IMG/VR virus record: IMGVR_UViG_3300025084_000179
Coordinates: 1-26,779 of that record
DNA: 26,779 nt
From: a virus
Lineage: Duplodnaviria; Caudoviricetes
Strand: one strand, 5' to 3'
The translations under genes were made by a program, and so were the position numbers. Under the pieces are notes generated by a model. The model ran no database searches, was not told the DNA's origin, and saw only the letters and a list, made by a program, of their open reading frames with translations. Positions 24,159 through 26,779 of this stretch are shown piece by piece (position 1 is the stretch's first letter; each line of letters starts with the position of its first letter).

Positions 24159-24541
24159 TAAAGAGCTTTAACAAAACGACAAAAGAGAGAGTAGGTGACT
24201 GCTCTTATCGTTTTAAAGATTCCTGGGAATTGCATCAGGTGGGAGATACTTTCATTTTAAAAATTGAAGGTCAACCGGAGGAGATTTTAGAGTTGTCAGA
24301 CACAGCTGTTTATTATTATATCTCTAAGAATAAAAAGAAAACGTTAAAATTATTAGTAAGTGATCATCTCAAACAATGGTTGTATACTCAATGGCAGTCG
24401 GGTGATGTTTGGGACTACGCTCCGTACTTAACAAAGCTTGAAAGGGATATGCTTGTTTATGGTAATGCTCGTTGGACACAGCTAAATGCAGTTGAAGATC
24501 ATGATGAAATAGATGAGAATAGCGCTGATTGGTATATGTAA
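24152..24541 (+). CDS. Hypothetical protein
   Basis: 129 aa ORF overlapping the previous stop. Confidence 0.65.
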   Translation: MVIKSFNKTTKERVGDCSYRFKDSWELHQVGDTFILKIEGQPEEILELSDTAVYYYISKNKKKTLKLLVSDHLKQWLYTQWQSGDVWDYAPYLTKLERDMLVYGNARWTQLNAVEDHDEIDENSADWYM

Positions 24542-24557
24542 GGAACTTTAATAAAAT
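24541..24557 (+). promoter_or_regulatory. AGGAAC-N5-TAAAAT promoter-like element (copy 5)
   Basis: AGGAACtttaaTAAAATaaatatATG(24564). Confidence 0.65.
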
Positions 24558-24563
24558 AAATAT

Positions 24564-24869
24564 ATGAGCACAAAATGGGCAGGAGGTAAAGGAGATAAAG
24601 ATAGAACTTCAAATTATAGAATGTATACTTCAAACTATAATAATATTTTTAGTACAAAAGCTGTAGCTACGGGAGATATCTGGGGTGAAGTAGACATTAT
24701 TGAAGGAGATACTATTATGTATACTAAAGAGAGTGGTAAGATTAGAATTGTAGTAACAATTGAAGCTCCTTTTAAGTATGGTGAGGCTGGTGGTAATGCT
24801 GGTCATCCGTTTTATGTTACTAAATCGAAATTTGAAGAAGAATACAAACCTTACCTAAAGGAACTCTGA
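24564..24869 (+). CDS. Hypothetical protein
   Basis: 101 aa ORF; N-terminal GGKGDKDR...Y..NY..IF motif recalled from small proteins of T4-like phages. Confidence 0.65.
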   Translation: MSTKWAGGKGDKDRTSNYRMYTSNYNNIFSTKAVATGDIWGEVDIIEGDTIMYTKESGKIRIVVTIEAPFKYGEAGGNAGHPFYVTKSKFEEEYKPYLKEL

Positions 24870-24875
24870 TATAAT
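24859..24875 (+). promoter_or_regulatory. AGGAAC-N5-TATAAT promoter-like element (copy 6)
   Basis: AGGAACtctgaTATAATtaggtATG(24881). Confidence 0.75.
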
Positions 24876-24880
24876 TAGGT

Positions 24881-25123
24881 ATGGAAACAATAATTGTAGG
24901 AGTTGTAATTGCGATGATATTACTCATTGCAGCGCCATATATGGTATGGTCAGCTATTATTCTTATACCTAGACTATTTTGGGCTTGCTCTAAAGTAATG
25001 ACATGTCTAATTTTATTAGGTATATTTGGATATGGTACCAGCATGCTTATTGAGCATAACGCTGCAAAGATGGAAAAAGAAATTAAAAATGCTCCTCGAG
25101 CAATTATTATTGAAGAAAACTAA
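24881..25123 (+). CDS. Small membrane protein
   Basis: Two hydrophobic segments; follows the AGGAAC element. Confidence 0.7.
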   Translation: METIIVGVVIAMILLIAAPYMVWSAIILIPRLFWACSKVMTCLILLGIFGYGTSMLIEHNAAKMEKEIKNAPRAIIIEEN

Positions 25124-25124
25124 C

Positions 25125-25280
25125 ATGAGCAGTCAACTAGGTAGAGATTATTTTTTAAAGGATCTTCAGCAACATGAAGATCTTAAAAAGGAAGTAAAAA
25201 AAGATGTAACAGTAAGTGAGGATACGCTTAAACAGCTTGAATCACTTGGATTAATTAAGAAAACAAAAACAGATGTATAA
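25125..25280 (+). CDS. Hypothetical protein (start revised to ATG 25125, MSSQLGRDY...)
   Basis: ATG 1 nt after the previous stop; the longer track start overlaps the membrane protein gene. Confidence 0.55.
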   Translation: MSSQLGRDYFLKDLQQHEDLKKEVKKDVTVSEDTLKQLESLGLIKKTKTDV

Positions 25281-25524
25281 ACATATTAAAGAAATGCTAC
25301 TAAGTGGACAAGTTATTCACGTTGAATTCACTAAAAAGAATGGTGAAACTCGGAAAATGAATTGTACCACTAATTTAGATCATATTCCAGAGAGTGAGCA
25401 TCCTACAGAGGATAGAGCGAGCTACATTAACGAGGAGGTTGTAAGAGCATATGATATCGACGTTGAGGGATGGCGATCATTCCGCGTAGATTCGGTAAAT
25501 GTTCTCGAGTCAAAGGAACTCTGA
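25273..25524 (+). CDS. WYL_2/DUF2693-like SH3-fold phage protein
   Basis: VEFTKKNGETRKMNCT...YDIDVEGWRSFRVDSV signature. Confidence 0.75.
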   Translation: MYKHIKEMLLSGQVIHVEFTKKNGETRKMNCTTNLDHIPESEHPTEDRASYINEEVVRAYDIDVEGWRSFRVDSVNVLESKEL

Positions 25525-25530
25525 TATAAT
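25514..25530 (+). promoter_or_regulatory. AGGAAC-N5-TATAAT promoter-like element (copy 7)
   Basis: AGGAACtctgaTATAATtaaggtATG(25537). Confidence 0.75.
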
Positions 25531-25536
25531 TAAGGT

Positions 25537-25779
25537 ATGAAAGATAAAAATGATATCCCACAAGAAGTAATCGATTATTGCATTGACAATCACGTATCGG
25601 TTGAGGAAGGAATGACTGCAGTTATCGATATGCGACTAGAAGCAGTAGAGAAGAACTTTGCTACACTTAAAGGTGAGGTCAAAGAAACTATTGATAAGTT
25701 TGAAACAAAAGTAACTGCTCAAGAAATTGAAGATGTAGAGTCGTTTCTTAATTCTCTTGACCAACAAATTCAAGACTAA
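25537..25779 (+). CDS. Hypothetical acidic coiled-coil protein
   Basis: 80 aa ORF after the AGGAAC element. Confidence 0.7.
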   Translation: MKDKNDIPQEVIDYCIDNHVSVEEGMTAVIDMRLEAVEKNFATLKGEVKETIDKFETKVTAQEIEDVESFLNSLDQQIQD

Positions 25780-25964
25780 TGTTTAAGCTAATTACAAATT
25801 TAATTAAGGGTAAGAAGCGTGAGCTAAGGTATGTAAATTGTTTGCATCACCGTACATGGCTGCAACGTCAAGTAGAGGAAGAGCTCCTTAAACAAGAAGT
25901 GAAGAACAACATTCAAGATTGGGGTAAAGATAAAGAAGAGGAGTGGTACTCAAAGTATCTTTAG
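25779..25964 (+). CDS. Hypothetical protein
   Basis: 61 aa ORF; TAATG overlap with the previous gene. Confidence 0.55.
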   Translation: MFKLITNLIKGKKRELRYVNCLHHRTWLQRQVEEELLKQEVKNNIQDWGKDKEEEWYSKYL

Positions 25965-26019
25965 GTGTAAAAAGCTGGCTTTATTTCAAAGCTATCCGAT
26001 AATTGATAAGATAAATATT

Positions 26020-26394
26020 ATGACAATGAACAAAAAAATGACGGCAATCGTAATTGCTGCCCTGACACTCACTGCTAACGCAAGTGACCATCATGATGAG
26101 AAAAAAGGACCTAAAGGAAAACCTACGAAGGTTGATGGTAAGCGCAAGCTTCCTCCTGCGATGGCCAAGTTCGATAAGAACAAAGATGGAAAGCTATGCG
26201 AAGTTGAGCGTAAGGCGGCCCGTGACGCTTTTATGAAGCGGTTCGATAAGAACAAAGACGGTAAGATTGACGAGAAAGAACGTAAAGCTGCCATGGCTGA
26301 GCGTCGTAAAAATGCCAAAAAACCGAAAGGTAAGGGCAAGCTTCCTAAAGGAGCAAAAGGTAAAACTAAACCTACGCAAAAGAAATCCAAATAA
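26020..26394 (+). CDS. Secreted two-EF-hand, Lys-rich protein (start may be 26026)
   Basis: Signal peptide MNKKMTAIVIAALTLTANA; loops DKNKDGKLCEVE and DKNKDGKIDEKE at a 72 nt period (26170, 26242); TAAATA at 26012. Confidence 0.8.
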   Translation: MTMNKKMTAIVIAALTLTANASDHHDEKKGPKGKPTKVDGKRKLPPAMAKFDKNKDGKLCEVERKAARDAFMKRFDKNKDGKIDEKERKAAMAERRKNAKKPKGKGKLPKGAKGKTKPTQKKSK

Positions 26395-26654
26395 TGAACA
26401 ATGACCTGAGTATGTCTGAAAACTACTCCTTTTTTAACACAGTGAAAGGGTTCATTCAGGTACACGTAATAGCAAAAGATAGAGGTTTTAAATATGAGAA
26501 GATACCTAACACTCCTGATTTCAGTGATGAAGGTGCCGCTCTAACATATTGGGAAGCTAATAAAGACTCCATTAATGATGCTAATTTTTATGATGATCAT
26601 CTCGTTATTATTAGAAAGGAGATTCATAACGTATGCACGACAAAGTTAAATTAG
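26394..26654 (+). CDS. Hypothetical protein
   Basis: 86 aa ORF; TAATG overlap with the previous gene. Confidence 0.6.
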   Translation: MNNDLSMSENYSFFNTVKGFIQVHVIAKDRGFKYEKIPNTPDFSDEGAALTYWEANKDSINDANFYDDHLVIIRKEIHNVCTTKLN

Positions 26655-26779
26655 ATAAACTAGATAGAGTTATATATACTAAAACTGTTGAAGAGGGATT
26701 TATTTGCGAGAGTTGGTATGAATATAACAGTGCAGGTGAACAAATTCTCGTAAAATTGTTTGAAGAATCAATCCCTACG
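26633..26779 (+). CDS. Hypothetical protein, truncated by the right edge
   Basis: ATG 26633 begins MHDKVKLDKLDRVIYTKTVEEGFICESWYEYN..., open to the end of the window. Confidence 0.5.
   Translation, partial: MHDKVKLDKLDRVIYTKTVEEGFICESWYEYNSAGEQILVKLFEESIPT

Noticed and set aside
22851-25530. AGGAAC repeats as a CRISPR array or as Shine-Dalgarno sites
   Set aside because: Spacing is irregular (roughly 280-680 nt) and filled by ORFs. AGGA lies about 18-22 nt before the ATG and upstream of the -10 box, too far for an SD.
1664-26465. Short nested or antisense ORFs in the track (e.g. 1664-2065, 4252-4581, 5546-5806, 8449-8721, 12461-12958, 26091-26465)
   Set aside because: They lie within well-supported genes on another frame or strand and show no recognisable motifs.
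1-26779. tRNA/ncRNA genes or alternative genetic code
   Set aside because: Intergenic gaps are short with no cloverleaf seen; standard-code ORFs tile the window and TAA, TAG and TGA all act as stops.

Overview
Fragment of an AT-rich T4-like (myovirus) bacteriophage genome. The left ~20 kb holds virion morphogenesis genes on alternating strands: a partial tape-measure-like gene, two gp26-like baseplate proteins (one apparently fused to a gp51-like tail), a gp54-like protein, tail tube gp19, a gp5-like spike split into two genes, sheath gp18, gp3, large terminase gp17, an acidic head-core-like protein, neck gp14, a fibre-like protein and a gp27-like hub. Interleaved with these are sugar genes (GT9-like glycosyltransferase, an NRS/ER-type 3,5-epimerase/4-reductase, RmlB, a cytidylyltransferase) and a PD-(D/E)XK nuclease. 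The right ~5 kb is a run of small + strand accessory ORFs. The strongest unexplained signal is regulatory. Three promoter-like classes sit only 5-11 nt from start codons, with no Shine-Dalgarno sites: TAAATA-N5-start (9 exact copies, one inside a gene), AGGAAC-N5-TATAAT (7 copies) and TTG(A/C)(T/A)T-N16/17-TAnnnT. This suggests a largely leaderless expression programme. All family calls come from remembered motifs, not database searches.
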